From assembly GCA_964016885.1 (NCBI GenBank), contig OZ024751.1, positions 28,644,001-28,708,000 of the forward strand: DNA of 64,000 nt, read 5' to 3'. The translations under genes were made by a program, and so were the position numbers. This DNA is from Eledone cirrhosa. Its lineage: Eukaryota. Below are positions 26,849 through 40,609 of the stretch, one piece after another. Below the pieces are notes generated by a model, which saw nothing but the letters and a program-made list of their open reading frames with translations, searched no databases and had not been told where the DNA came from. The stretch's first letter is position 1; every line of letters starts with the position of its first letter.

Positions 26849-27144
26849 TACACTGAGACATACACGCACATACTTAACAAATGAGACAAGTACTTTCGAA
26901 GACCTTAATGTCAGCATAAACAGCCAAAGTTATTCAAAAAGTCAATTGTAGATCAAAAACAAACACAACAACAACTACAACTACAGCAGCAACAACAACA
27001 ACAACAACCAAGATAAACAACAACAAAAACTAAACAACAACCCTTAGATTAAAGAACAAACAAAACAAAAAAAAAAACAACTGATTAATAATAATGGTGA
27101 TGCTGCCATTGATGGTGGCATCGCTGCTGATAATATTTATTATT

Positions 27145-27179
<35 letters not shown>

Positions 27180-27400
27180 TAGTTTTTAAACGATCTCTGT
27201 ATCAGCTTTAAAAAAAAAAATATATATACATTTATTTATTTATATATTTATATATATATATTTCTAACAAAAACAAAAGGAAGGTTTTTGCAAGTAATAA
27301 TATTTGGAGAGAAAAAAAAACGTTAAGGCTTTATTGATGATGGAGTTTTTCTTTTATTATAACATAGGTTTTTTTTTTTTTTTCATTATTCTATACGTAC

Positions 27401-27474
27401 GTTTAAAGTATTCAAAGCAAGAAAGATTATAGCAAATGTTTTCAGACGAGACTCCATTATCCTCAAAGTGATAT
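27401..27474 (-). CDS. Candidate 74-nt exon with ATG and signal-peptide-like sequence
   Basis: TCTTTAG| ... AAC|GTACGT. Encodes MESRLKTFAIIFLALNTLN and ends in phase 0, compatible with exon A. Confidence 0.3.
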
Positions 27475-27655
27475 CTAAAGATTCAAATGTGAAGTATCAA
27501 CAAAACTGAGCTATTTTCATAATGTTTTAGCTTGTTCTATGATTATATACATACATATGTATGTGTATAATCATACATACATACACACATATATATATAT
27601 ATACACAACAACAAACTAAAAACATTAACAAAACTTTCTCTCTCACTCTCCTTTT

Positions 27656-27717
<62 letters not shown>

Positions 27718-27851
27718 TATACATACACGCACACATACATACAGTGCTTTCTAGCAAGACTAATATAAGATTATTTTGCAATGAAATATATATAAACATT
27801 GCTAATCTATAGAATTTGAATGTTAACATGTAAATCATGTGAATATATATA

Positions 27852-28012
27852 TCATCATCATCATCATCATCATCATTTTATGTCCGCTTTTCCCTGCTTG
27901 CAAGGAAGGGTGGGACGGGAACTGATTCTGGCTTGATTTCTACAGCTGGATGCCCTTCCTAACACCAACCTCATTTACAGTGAGTGCTGGGTGCTTTTTT
28001 GCCGTGGCACCT
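27852..28012 (-). mobile_element. Short element carrying the RTE-type 3' tail
   Basis: (CAT)n TTTTATGTCCGCTTTTCCCTGCTTGCAAGG...TTCTACAGCTGGATGCCCTTCC. Same tail or body at 6492-6541, 6895-6955, 28610-28655, 28930-29012, 44180-44400, 51610-51664, 52195-52258 and 57240-57295. Confidence 0.7.
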
Positions 28013-28057
28013 CCACGACCACTTTGCAGTGGAATGATAGGGACCCCAGTCCCTATC

Positions 28058-28202
28058 ATCTCATTTTTACAGCTGAGTAAACTGGAGCAATGTGAAATAA
28101 AGTGTCTTGCTCAAGGAAACAACACATCACCCGGTCTGAGAATTGAACTCACAATCTTTCGATTGCAAGGCCAATGCTCTAACCACTAAGCCATGTCCCT
28201 CC
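28058..28202 (-). mobile_element. OR-like SINE, 5' half
   Basis: tRNA head and CORE segment match the other copies. Confidence 0.8.
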
Positions 28203-28858
28203 ATAGCCATGTAAACCATATATATATATATGGTTTACATGATGTATATATATATATATATATATATTCCAACCCCGATGAAAAAAGTATATAAACGAAA
28301 TACTATGAAACAGGATCATTTATAGCAATGACATAATTGTTCATTTTGAAAGCCACTCAACTCTGGCAAAGCTATGCCATAGCTGCGGCTCTTGTTGGTA
28401 TATTGCATTGATGAAGATGGGTGGTCAGGGTATGGATGGTGTGCAAAATAGAGACAAGCAGCAGGAGGAGGAGAAAGGGAGAGATGGAGAGAGAGAGAGA
28501 GAGGGAAAAACACACACAGAGAAACATTCTTTTCTTGGGTAGAAGCCTATAAGTAGATTGCTAAATATCAAGAAAGTTATTTTGCCTTCGAAGTGGAAAA
28601 GGGCAAGTCATCATCATCATCGTTTAACATCTATCTTCCACGCTCGCATGGGTTTAGTCAGTCGTAGAGTATATAAAATGTCCAGTAAAATAAATGGATG
28701 GAATTACATAGGATGTTGGTGGACAGGTTTCAGGCTTCATGAAATGCTGTGATGCAATGGAATATGTACATCATGGTGTTTACTCTCTCAAATGTAGAAA
28801 GTGTGTGTGTGTGTGTATGAGCTTATATACATACATACATACATGTTTCAGGACACAT

Positions 28859-28929
<71 letters not shown>

Positions 28930-29070
28930 CTGGCATGGTTCCTATAACTAGATGCCTTTCCTGGTGCCAACCATTTTACAAAGTGTACTGAGTGCATTTT
29001 AATGTGGCACCAGCAATGCTCCTTTACAGAGTGTGTGTGTATATGTAGATATATATATATTATGTCGGCC

Positions 29071-29124
29071 TGACTTTCCTGGTGATTTCTTATGAATGAA
29101 ACAGTTCTAGTCCTGTAGAAGTCA
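29071..29124 (+). ncRNA. Hammerhead motif paralogue (core A6G)
   Basis: TGACTTTC CTGGTGA tttcttatgaat GAAA cagttctagtcctg TA GAAGTCA. Confidence 0.6.
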
Positions 29125-29932
29125 TATCTATAATAAAATAAATATGCCTATATTCTAATCGAAACGTTTGTTTCAATTTTATTATATATATACATATATA
29201 TATATTTAGCTATGAATTTCTATGATCTCAGTTCAAATCTAACAAAGGTCATTTTTGCTTTTCATCCTTCAAGGGTTGGTGAAATAAGTACCAGTTAAAT
29301 ACTGGTGCTGATAAAGACATTCCCCATTCTTGGGCTAATGCTAGAAAGAATTATTATCAGCATGGAAAATGTGACAGGTATAACAGTGAAGCAACCTTAT
29401 AGTATTTAACTCTACTTCTGTCGAGACTCTTGGTTCAAATCCCACCCAGGTAAACTTAGCCCTTTGCTTCTCTTCAACAATCAATACAATACCAGTTATA
29501 TATTTGGACTAGGCTCAATTCCATAAACTATACCCACAACTTTATGGGTCTTGTTTAGTTATGGTCAATCACATAAAATACCAGTCATAAACTGGTGTTA
29601 ACTGTTCCTTCTACCCATAAACTATACCCATAATACTAGGGGCCTATTTCCAGAGACTTAAATGCCTTGTGGTGTTTAGTTATGATCCTTTACCTACCAA
29701 AGTCAGACACATAAAGTACCAGTCATATACTGGTGGTCAACTGTTTTCTCCCACCAAAATTAATGGCCATTTATCTATGTTAGAAACTGTTATTTCTGTT
29801 GATATCTTTCCAAGGTTGATAAAATAATGTACCGGTTACATTCTGGGGTTTGATCTATAATCATCATCATCATCATCATCATAATCATCATCACCACCAT
29901 AATCATTATCATCATTATAATTATCATCATAA

Positions 29933-30150
29933 AGGTGCTAGTGGGTTGGCAATAATCGGTAGAGCATTGGGCGACATGCTTTGCAGCATAGAGTTATGAC
30001 CTTTTACGTTCTGGGCTCAAATCCTGCTGAGGTTAGCTTTGTCTTTCATCCTTACGGGGTCGATAAAATAAAGTACTAGTCACGCACTGGGGTCAATTTA
30101 ATCGACGTTCCCCTCCCTCTAAAACTGTTGGCCTTGTGCCTAAATAAAAA
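29933..30150 (+). mobile_element. Second tRNA-SINE family (Meta-domain-like), best copy
   Basis: B-box GGCTCAAATCC and CTTTCATCCTTACGGGGTCGATAAAATAAAGTACTAG core. Relatives at ~10739-10870(+), 14595-14900(-), 15560-15660(-), 23320-23420(-), 29225-29350(+), 38837-39180(-), 43430-43525(-), 44690-44810(-), 63870-64000(+). Confidence 0.8.
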
Positions 30151-30521
30151 AAATCATTATTATCATCATCATCAACCTCACCATTATCACCATTACCATC
30201 ACTAACATCATCATTATAATTATCATCATTATCAATGTCCATTCTCCAACAAGTAGAATGGAAAAATAAACGATAATAATAATTAATAATAATAATAATA
30301 GCAACAATGGAGAGGTCAGGCTTTCGTCAAGTGTGATTAATCTAGGTTTTATGTCTATAATTACAGGCTGGAATCAGCTCAGTGACAGATACACACATAC
30401 ATATATATATATATAAAGATATATTTATATACACACGCACATACACACACATATATATATATATAATATACACACATTCATACACACACACACACATATA
30501 TATATATATACACACATTCAT

Positions 30522-30557
<36 letters not shown>

Positions 30558-30609
30558 GTGTGTTATGGAATACTGTTGGCTACTCGTTACAACAATTTCT
30601 ATACTTTTC

Positions 30610-30671
<62 letters not shown>

Positions 30672-30925
30672 CAGATCTTTGGAGAGGGGTGGTGGGTGGT
30701 GGGTGGTATAGTAGAGAAAGAGTGAGAGAGAGAGAGGAGAAAGAGAGAGAAATGAGGTGGGGAGAGAATTAAATGGTATACCTAGAAAGAAGAGGGTAGT
30801 TGGGGTAGTGAGAGAAGGAGAGAGAGAAAGAGTGAGAGAGAGAAAGAGAGAGAGAAGGAAGGAGGGAGAAAACCCAAAGGTGTAACTAGAGAGAAGACAG
30901 TAATAGGAGGAGGAGGAGAGAGAGA

Positions 30926-31004
<79 letters not shown>

Positions 31005-31512
31005 GAGAGTGACATGGGGGAATGAGGAGAGAATTAAAAGGTGTAGCTAGAGAGAAGGTAGTAGTAGTAGTAGTAGTAGTAGAGAGAGAAGGAAAGAGAG
31101 AGAGCAGAATGAAGAGAGAATTAAAAGGTGTAGCTAGAGAGAAGGTAGTAGTAGTAGTAGTAGAGAGAGAGAAGGAAAGAGAGAGAGCAGAATGAAGAGA
31201 GAATTAAATGGCTAAGTATGTTAGAGTGTAATTATAGAAGTTATGTAGATGACTCTTCCATGGCTGTCCAATCTCTGTCAATAACATTTCACAAGCTTCA
31301 CAATTATTCCCTCAATAAAGACAGCTCTTGTTTTCACTACACACACCTTCATTATTGAATTAAAACATTGCTTTGTATGGGTGGATGATTGTGTGGGGGG
31401 AGGGGAGTATGTGTGTGTGGCAGAGTGTAAGGCTGTGTGTGCGTGTGTGTGTGTGTGTGTGTGCTTGTAAACATATACACACTACATACTATTTTTTTAA
31501 AATTTTCTTTAA

Positions 31513-31728
31513 CTCTAGCATTTAAACCAGCCATATCCGGCCAGAATTCTCTCACCTCTTTCTGTTCAAACTGGCTGTAAGTAGCCACTCATACTGATGT
31601 TAAGGTATTGTTCTCAAAATAAATAACATCAAAATCTTGTAGATTCGATATGTGAGATAATTATGTAAGATAAAGCCTTCACGACAAAAATACAATAGTA
31701 TACGTAGAGTAATGTAAATGCTGAAGGG
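31513..31728. mobile_element. Second copy of the same piggyBac-type MITE, in the opposite orientation
   Basis: Reverse-complement colinear with 14659-14877; degenerate TIRs. Confidence 0.85.
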
Positions 31729-31975
31729 TTCAAATTGACCCCCAAATATACAGTAAAACTGTAGAACATTTTAAACTCGTCAGTAAATTCTTCTTTAAAA
31801 CAAATTCGTTAAGAATATATATGTATTCTTCGTTTTTGAATTTGGTTATTGGCAGCATGTCCCTCCCAAAGTATAACAATATATATACGCAACCTGACCA
31901 CTGAAATGTGTATAGTGTTTACAGTAATAAAACAATTAAGGAAATTCAACATATCTGGCCTCCTATCATTTCACT

Positions 31976-32240
<265 letters not shown>

Positions 32241-32692
32241 CACTGATGATTAATAAGAGACAAATATGGAAAAAAAATGGATGGTGGCATATGGAAGGGG
32301 GAGAAGAGTGGGATGTAGGGTCATATTATTCATGAGGTTAATTAGGGTGAAAACTAGGTGTACTGAAAGAACTCAAAGGGTGCATCAATAGTTTTTGCTG
32401 TAGTGAGGGTGAAACACTGGAGTACCAGGAATGACCAGACACACTTGAAACCCTAGGGTCCTACAGGGATTAGGGCCACATCATTTTTCTTTTCTTTTTT
32501 TTTTGTAGAGGGGTGAAAGACTGAAGTGTCAGTGGAGCGGGATCAAATTACTCAACATCCTATAGACCCAGTGGTGGTTAAATACGACCCAGGGTGCAGT
32601 AAATTGTTAAATTGTTAAGCTTGGTAATAACAGTATATACTTAAGTGGTGCATGTGTGAGAGCAGGTAATGGTAAACCAATTTAAAAAAATA

Positions 32693-32724
<32 letters not shown>

Positions 32725-33028
32725 CATTTTGCAATCAAAACAGGTGAGCCATTAAGACAGGTAAACCAATCAAGACAAGTGGACCAATGATCACAACAGA
32801 AGGGAGAAAGGTAAAAACCATAATGGAAATTTGCAAACAATGACCCTTAATAATTAGATTTATACAATGTGGCCATAAAAGATACTAAAGAAAATAAACA
32901 ACAACAAACAAACCAAAAGCATCCTGACAAACAAATAAATATATATACAGGGAGGGTTAAGATGTGTGCATATGTATATATGTGTGTGTGTGTATATATA
33001 TATATGCATATGTATATATATACATATG

Positions 33029-33087
<59 letters not shown>

Positions 33088-33648
33088 GTATATATATATA
33101 TATATATATGCAAATATATATATATATATATATGCAAATATATATACATATATATAAATATATGTATGTATATATGTACACATAAGCACACATTGGTTAA
33201 ATATATGTTCATTATGAAAAGTGTCAATGAAAGGAAAATAAAAACAAAAAATAGACCCTTGAAATTTGTAAAAAACATAAATGGCAATATATATATATAC
33301 TTCTAAATTTGTGTGTATATATATATATATAGTGTGCACTCCCAAAGCCCTGCGGCGATGGGCGAGAGGCGGAGGTAACCTCTGGGAGTTGCCAGTCTCA
33401 AACCCACACGTGAGTGGCCTGGATGCGCAAGTCGTTCTCCTTCTGACTCTGGGATAACAGAGGAGATCAGGCATTCCACCGGGCGACTGAGCAGCCCTTT
33501 TCAGGGGAGCACTGCTCACCCTCGCACAAGGGGAGGGGCGATAAAAGGAGCCCTAACCAAATGCTCGTCCCACACAAAGCTAGCCAGTCTACCACAGCTG
33601 GCGGTTTTACCCTTCCAAGCGGTCGAAACCAACATAAGAGAGAAGAAC

Positions 33649-34190
33649 TTGATTCTTGGCGCATGGAATGTGCGCACCCTCATGGATAGGGAAACCTCCT
33701 TGAGGCCAGAGAGAAGAACTGCCCTCATAGCGAGGGAATTAGCTCGCTACCGGATCGACATAACCGCCCTCAGAAAGACTAGACTTGCCGAAGAAGGATC
33801 AGTAGCAGAACCGAAAGGAGGCTACACCTTCTTCTGGAAGGGCAATGCAAAGGACAAGGACAGAATCCACGGGGTAGGCCTGGCCATCAGGACTTCACTC
33901 TGCAAGCAGCTACCAGACCTCCCAACACCTGTGAGTGAGCGGCTGATGAAGCCCCACTTCTCCCTCGACCCATCTCAGCATGTCACAGTCATCAGCGTGT
34001 ACGCTCCCACTCTCACCAGCAGTGATCAAGCAAAGGACGCTTTCTATGGGGAACTCAACGCACTCGTGAAGGGCGTCCCCCCAAGCGATAAACTCATCCT
34101 TTGGGAGAGTCGGGTCTGACAGCACCAACTAGAGAGGTGTGCTGGGACCTCATGGCACAGGGAAGCTGAACTCTAATGGCCTCATATGTT
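33649..34190 (+). pseudogene. RTE AP-endonuclease domain (disrupted)
   Basis: Motifs GAWNVRTL, ELARYRIDITAL, GYTFFWKG, HGVGLAI, TVISVYAPT. The GDFNAR motif is missing after KLILW, and a large deletion follows GKLNSNGL. Confidence 0.9.
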
Positions 34191-34332
34191 TGATGAAAAC
34201 GATGAGCACATCAGATAACTCCTGGACGAGAAGAGGAGGGCTTTCATTGAGTGGCAGAATGACAGCTCCTCCACTTCGAAGCGCAACCGCTTCAAGCACC
34301 TCTAGAGGCAGACCCAAGCAGCGCTACGCAGA

Positions 34333-36363
34333 ATGCAGGACAAGTGGTGGGAAAAGAAGGCCGAAGAAGTCGAGAGATACGCTGACACAAAGAACTCCAA
34401 GATGTTCTTCAGCACCATCAGGGACATCTACGGACCCCCCAAGCCTGTCACCACACCGCTGCTGTCTGCTGACGGCTCGATCCTGCTGAAGGAGAAGAGC
34501 AGCATCAACTCGAGGTGGAGAGAGCACTTCAGAAACCTCCTCAACAGGCTCTCCACTGTCGACCCTGTTGCCCTCGACCAGGTCCCACAGAAGCCCATAG
34601 TCGGCAGCCTCGACCTCCCCCCCACGTTGGATGAAGTCACGAAGGCAATCAACCAGACCAGCTCAGCAAAGGCTCCTGGGAAGGACGGGATTCCTGCCGA
34701 GATCTTCAAGTCGGCCGGTCCAGCTGCCCTGGGGGCCTTCCACACCCTCCTCATCAACATATGGGAGGAAGAAGAGGTGCCCAAAGACTTCAGGGATGCC
34801 ACAGTTGTCTCGCTTTTTAAGAACAAAGCCAGCAAAACTGACTGTGACAACTATCGGGGCATTTCTCTCCTGTCCATCGCTGGGAAGGTCGTGGCTCAGG
34901 TCATGCTTAACCGCCTCATTGCTAACATCTCGGAGGACAACCTGCCTGAGGCCCAGTGTGGGTTCCGCCCAAACCGCAGCACAATCGACATGATCTTCTC
35001 TGTACGCCAGGTGCAGGAGAAGTGTGTCGAGCAGAACATGGACCTCTTTGTCGTCTTCATAGACTTGATGAAGACCTTTGACACTGTCAACAGGGAAGCC
35101 CTCTGGTCATCCTATCAAAGTTTGGATGCCCGACAAAGTTCGTGAACCTGATACGGCAATTCCATGACAACATGACCAGGCAGGTGCACTCGGGCAGAGT
35201 GGCATCGGAGCCATTCAGAATCACCAACAGCGTCAAGCAAGGATGCGTGCTGGCTCCCGTCCTCTTCAACCTGTTCTTCACCTGCGTGCTCAATCATGCC
35301 GTCAGGGACCTCGAGCACGGAGTGTACCTGCGATACAGACTGAATGGCTCACTGTTTGACCTGCGGCGTCTGACGGCCAAGACAAGGACTGTGCAGTGGA
35401 TCGTCCTGGAGGCACTTTTTGCTAACGACTGTGCCCTCATGGCCCACAGGGAGTCTGACCTCCAAGTCATTGTCAACAAGTTTGTGGAGGCCTCCTGCCT
35501 CTTCGGTCTCACAATTAGCCTTGGCAAGACTGAGGTCCTGTTCCAGCCTGCACCTGCCTCCGTCGCCCACCCTCCTTCCATCTCCATCGGAGGCACCCAG
35601 CTAAAGACGGTGGACGACTTCAAGTACCTCGGCAGTGTCATCAGCTGCGATGGAAGCCTCAACAAGGAGATAAATGCCAGGATCTGCAAGGTCAGTCAAG
35701 CCCTCGGCCGCCTGAGGACACGCGTACTGAACCAGCACAACATCAGGCAGTCCACCAAGCTCAAGGTGTACAGGGCCGTTGTTCTCACCAGCCTCCTCTA
35801 CGGATGTGAGACATGGACCCTGTACAGAAGGCACCTGAAGCAACTGGAACGGTTCCACATGCGCAGCCTGCGGTCAATTATGGACATCGAATGGCAGGAC
35901 AAGGTCTCCAACCTCGAAGTTCTTGACATGGCTGAGACAACCAGTACTGAAGAACCGACTTCGATGGGTGGGACATGTCATCTGGATGGACGATCACAGG
36001 CTTCCGAAGCAACTGATGTATGTGGAACTCTGTTCGGGGAAATGAAAGAGGGGCAGGCCTCTCAAGAGGTTCAAAGACTGCGTGAAGTCCAGCATCAACA
36101 ACACAGGAATTGCCCCAAAACAACTCGAGTCCCATGCTCAGGACAGGACTGAGTGGCGAGCCCTTACCAGACGCGCCAAAGACTCTTTTGAAGAGAAGAG
36201 ACGGGCAGAGGTCACTGAGGCCCGTGAAAGGAGGAGAAAGGCATCAACAGCTGCCCCAAGCGACTCAGGTCTCTTCCCCTACCCCCACTGTCCCCGGACC
36301 TGCAAATCAAGGATCAGCCTCCACAGCCACCTTCGTGCCCATGGCAGATGGGAACTAAAATAA
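34333..36363 (+). pseudogene. RTE reverse transcriptase plus C-terminal zinc finger (frameshifted)
   Basis: KAPGKDGIPAE, DCDNYRGISLLSIAGK, QCGFRPNRSTIDMIF, FIDLMKTFDTVNRE, KQGCVLAPVLFNLF, LFANDC (catalytic FADD mutated), FKYLGS, LLYGCETW, and FPYPHCPRTCKSRISLHSHLRAH. Frameshifts near 35105 and 35950. Confidence 0.93.
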
Positions 36364-37340
36364 AGAAGAAGTCATCATCGTTTACGATGGACAACCAAGA
36401 TATATATATATATATATAAACACACAGTCTGACATACATAAATTGGTAAAAGGTACATATGTATGTATGTATGTGTGGTTGTGTGAAAAAGAAAGCCACA
36501 CACACATATTATTTCAGTTTAAATTTAGGGTATTGTTTCATACATATATATACATGCATATATATATAATATATATATATACATATATATATATGTGTAT
36601 ATATATATATATATATGTGTATATATATATATATATATATGTATGTATATATATATATATACACACACATATATATATATATATATATATGTGTATATAT
36701 ATATATATATATATTTATATATGAGAGTGAAGACAAGAGACGTGACAAAAGAAAGAGAGAGATAGAGAGAAAGATAGACAGAAAGAGAGTGAGTGAGAGA
36801 GAGAGAGTAAGAGAAGTAGGGAGGAAGAGGATCTGCCGCTCTTCGTCTTTCTTATATCTGAAAATGTACATCTGTCCATCATGGTTAAGTCAAATATATT
36901 TATTTATAAAGATGTTACAACAACCACAACAAGAACCACAACAACAACAACCACAACCACAACAACAACAAAATAACCTTCAACTGATGATGCTGCCCCG
37001 CCCCCCTCATCAGCCCAACACCTACCCCTCACAGCAGACCCGCCTGCCTGAACCCCCCCCCCCCCCAAAAAAAAAACCCTCAATGTCCTTCAGACTTTCG
37101 TATTGATTCTTTAGCTTAGATTACATGCTTTACAGGAGACACACGATTGAGATTACAACAACAACAACAACAACAACTACAACTACTACAACAACTACTA
37201 CAACAACAGCTACAACAACAGCTACTACAACTACAACAATATCATTTCTAAAGCAAAAAACAAACAGCAGAAGTAAAATGGAAAAATTTTAAAAAGAAAA
37301 AAAAAACACAAAAATAAGATATATGTAGAACAAATAAAAG

Positions 37341-37379
<39 letters not shown>

Positions 37380-37691
37380 ATGAATATATATATGTGTGTG
37401 TGTGTGTATGTATATATAAAAAAAAAAGTTGCATACAACAAAGCAAAGCTTTCCAAAGAACATTGTTTCTTTTTCTTTTCTTTTCTTTTTCTGAAAACGT
37501 TGAATGTTTGCATTGCCTACACGTGTGTGTATGTGTATGTGTGTGTGTGTGTATGTGTGTGTATGTGTGTGAGTGTATGTGTGTGTGCTTTTGTGTGTTC
37601 GAATGTATGTACGGGATGGATGGTTGTATGTTTATGGCCATGTCAGTGAGTATGAGTATATACACACACATATATATATATATGTGTGTGT

Positions 37692-37778
<87 letters not shown>

Positions 37779-37853
37779 TATATATATATATATATATGTT
37801 TATATATATATATATATATAAATATATATATATATAAATATATATATATATAG

Positions 37854-37993
<140 letters not shown>

Positions 37994-38504
37994 CTATATA
38001 TATATACAAATATTTGAAATAATATCAAAGTAAAATCACATACATGTTGAATTCAGTTTTCAAGAGTCACAGTCGAATAAGCTACATGTGCATGTGTGTG
38101 TGTTTAAAACCTAGAACAAACATATATATATATACACATATATATTCATGTATATAAATATATACGCACACATATATATACACATATACTACATATATAT
38201 ATATATATACACATACATATACACATGCATATATACATGCAATATTCATTTTTAACGACATACATATATATGCATATCTATAGAGTGTTTGTGAAGTATA
38301 TATGTTTGTGAGTGTGTGTGTATATATATATATGTATATATATATGTACGTATATATATATATGAAACCTATGCAGCCGTTTCTCATCAGCCTCGGGGGA
38401 GCGAGGGGGGGGGGTAGTAACTTTGCGTACTACGAAGTGAGAGGACATAGGGTGGGGGTTAAAAAATAGTGAGAATTGGGATGAAAAAATGTGAGGACAC
38501 TAAC

Positions 38505-38619
38505 CTGAGCTACTATAAAATGAAAGTTCACCCTGGTCCTTTAGGGCAGTCCTAGGCATCCCACCAGTGGATTTGTCCAGCCCTGTGGAGTAGGGGACAT
38601 ATAACAATACTAAGTTAAA
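38505..38619 (-). CDS. Candidate exon B (paralogue of exon A)
   Basis: TCTTCAG| ... CAG|GTTAGT, 115 nt, FNLVLLYVPYSTGLDKSTGGMPRTALKDQGELSFYSSS. About 80% identical to A over ~70 nt. Confidence 0.45.
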
Positions 38620-38836
38620 CTGAAGACTCAGAGAATGGCGTGAAATGAGCAAACATGGATAGAAAAACAAACAAAAAAAAAGCAAATCAAGACAACAACA
38701 ACAACAAATGCATAAATGAACATAAAATATAAAATTTAAATAAAAAATAAAAAAAAAAATAAAAAAATATGCAGGAACAAAATACATGAAAGGCATTGTT
38801 AAAATAAATATGCAAAAATAACTCTTATAAATAATT

Positions 38837-39185
38837 GTTTCTACTGTTGGCACAAGACCAGCAATTCCCTCAGTGCATTACTGGTACTTTATTTTATCGA
38901 ACCCGTAAAGATGAAAGGAAAAGTTAACCTCGGCAGGATTTGAACTCTTATAAATAATAATAATAGGTTTTACATTTGGCACGAGGCCAGTAATTTTAAG
39001 GTAAGGGTACTATATTTTATCAACCCCGCAAGCATGAAAGGCAAAGCTAACCTCGGTGGGATTTGAAATCAGAATGTAAAGGACCATAACTATATGCTGT
39101 GAAGCATGTTGTTTGACACTCTACTGATACAGCCAATTTAAATAATAATAATAACCATTTCTACTTTTGGCACAAGGTCAGCAAT
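38837..39185 (-). mobile_element. Tandem cluster of Meta-like SINE pieces
   Basis: Three TTTCTAC..TTGGCACAAG ends and two GATGAAAGG(C/A)AA(A)G..AACCTCGG cores. Confidence 0.75.
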
Positions 39186-39382
39186 TTGAAGAGAAGAGAA
39201 GGGGAAAAGTTGATTGAATTTACCTCATTGTGTTATCGCCTCCCCCAAGAAAAAGTTTGAAAAATACTGGTCTAGGAACATAAATCAAACAACATTTATA
39301 TATATATATTCTAGTCATAAGCAAAATCATGCATAGTGCTGGAAGAAAAATTAGAAAAAAAAGAAAATATATATGTATATAT

Positions 39383-39490
39383 AGTCACAGATGTGGCTGT
39401 GATTAAGAAGTCTGCATCAAACCAGGATGCAGTTCTGGTTTCAATCCCACTGTATGGCTCTTTGGACATGGACTTCCCATTATAGCCCCA
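39383..39490 (+). mobile_element. Third tRNA-SINE family head
   Basis: GTGGCTGTGATTAAGAAG...GGTTTCAATCCCACTG...TATAGCCCCAG, with A/B-box-like motifs. Confidence 0.55.
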
Positions 39491-39492
39491 GA

Positions 39493-39527
<35 letters not shown>

Positions 39528-39734
39528 ATGGCGGTCATCACGAACATCATATTGGACCTGTGATAAGCCTGTGGTGGAGGTTTATCTTGCCTATAAACTC
39601 TATATCAGACACTGTTGCTGTGGAGCAATAATACACTATCAGCACATAACATATCTCAGAATAAGGTAGGGGTCAGTGTTATGAAAGATATATGGCGACA
39701 GAAAACAAAACCCAGTTCTGAAAATGAGCTCATC

Positions 39735-39968
39735 CTACCTATATATGCATGTAAAAGATTGATGATTGTATAAGTGAGCATAGAGGGAGACCGCTGTAGA
39801 GGTAGAGCAAGGAAGACCTGGGTGGAATTGGTGAGAGCTGATCTCAGATCTTTAAAGCTCATGGAGGAGATGACAAAGGAATGAGACAAGTGGAGAGATG
39901 CTGTACTGAGAAAGACCCACCTGTCCAACACATGCAAGCATGGAACAATGGATGTAAAATAATGATGA
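39735..39968 (+). mobile_element. RTE LINE 3' fragment
   Basis: Encodes a degenerate EG..CRGRARKTWVELVRADLRSLKL..MTKE*DKWRDAVLRKT. Ends in the CATGCAAGCATGGAA...(GAT)n tail. Confidence 0.85.
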
Positions 39969-40165
39969 TTTCTCATATATGCTATGGTAAAATGGAACGC
40001 ATGAACAAGAAACACCCTTCTGATCTGCTTGTTTAGCCCCAGAGTAAGACAACCCATCAAACCCATGCAACCATCGAAAATACATGTAAAACAGCAATAA
40101 TAATGATGATGATGATGATATATACATACATATGTATATATATCCATTCTGGATTACTCCTTGAA

Positions 40166-40207
<42 letters not shown>

Positions 40208-40562
40208 CCCATGCAAGCAAGGAATAACAGATGTAATCATAAAGTGATGATATATATTTGATATCAACTTTAGTTGAAATGACAAATAGTTAGAGATTAA
40301 CTACTAAAACAATAACAACAACAATACTAACAAGAAATACTACGACTACTACTAATAATAATATGGATAAAGGTACAAAACATAGTTTAATTAGTAAGCT
40401 ACTAAAAAAAAATGACTAATAAACCTTAAATAAATAAATCAAAATTTCAAAATTCTTGATATTTTTTCTTTTTTTCTCACAATTTTGTTAAATTAAAAAG
40501 TACCTAAAGTTTTTTTAAATTTCATTCCTTGTTTCTTAAAGTTGTTTGAAAATAACCTCACA

Positions 40563-40609
<47 letters not shown>

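Larger units (their letters stand above)
33332..36398 (+). mobile_element. Near-full-length, decayed RTE-clade (BovB-like) non-LTR retrotransposon inserted in (TA)n
   Basis: GC-rich island between (TA)n runs. ~320-bp 5'UTR, then APE endonuclease, RT and a C-terminal C2H2-like finger, then a short 3' end with the hairpin CATCGTTTACGATG. Broken by frameshifts and internal deletions. Confidence 0.95.

Noticed and set aside
33335-33390. Twister-like CCCAAAGCCC...GAGG...TAAC in the RTE 5'UTR
   Set aside because: P4 and the T1/T2 pseudoknots could not be assembled.
38365-38400. CTGATGA-GAAAC on the minus strand
   Set aside because: No stem II, stem I or stem III pairing.
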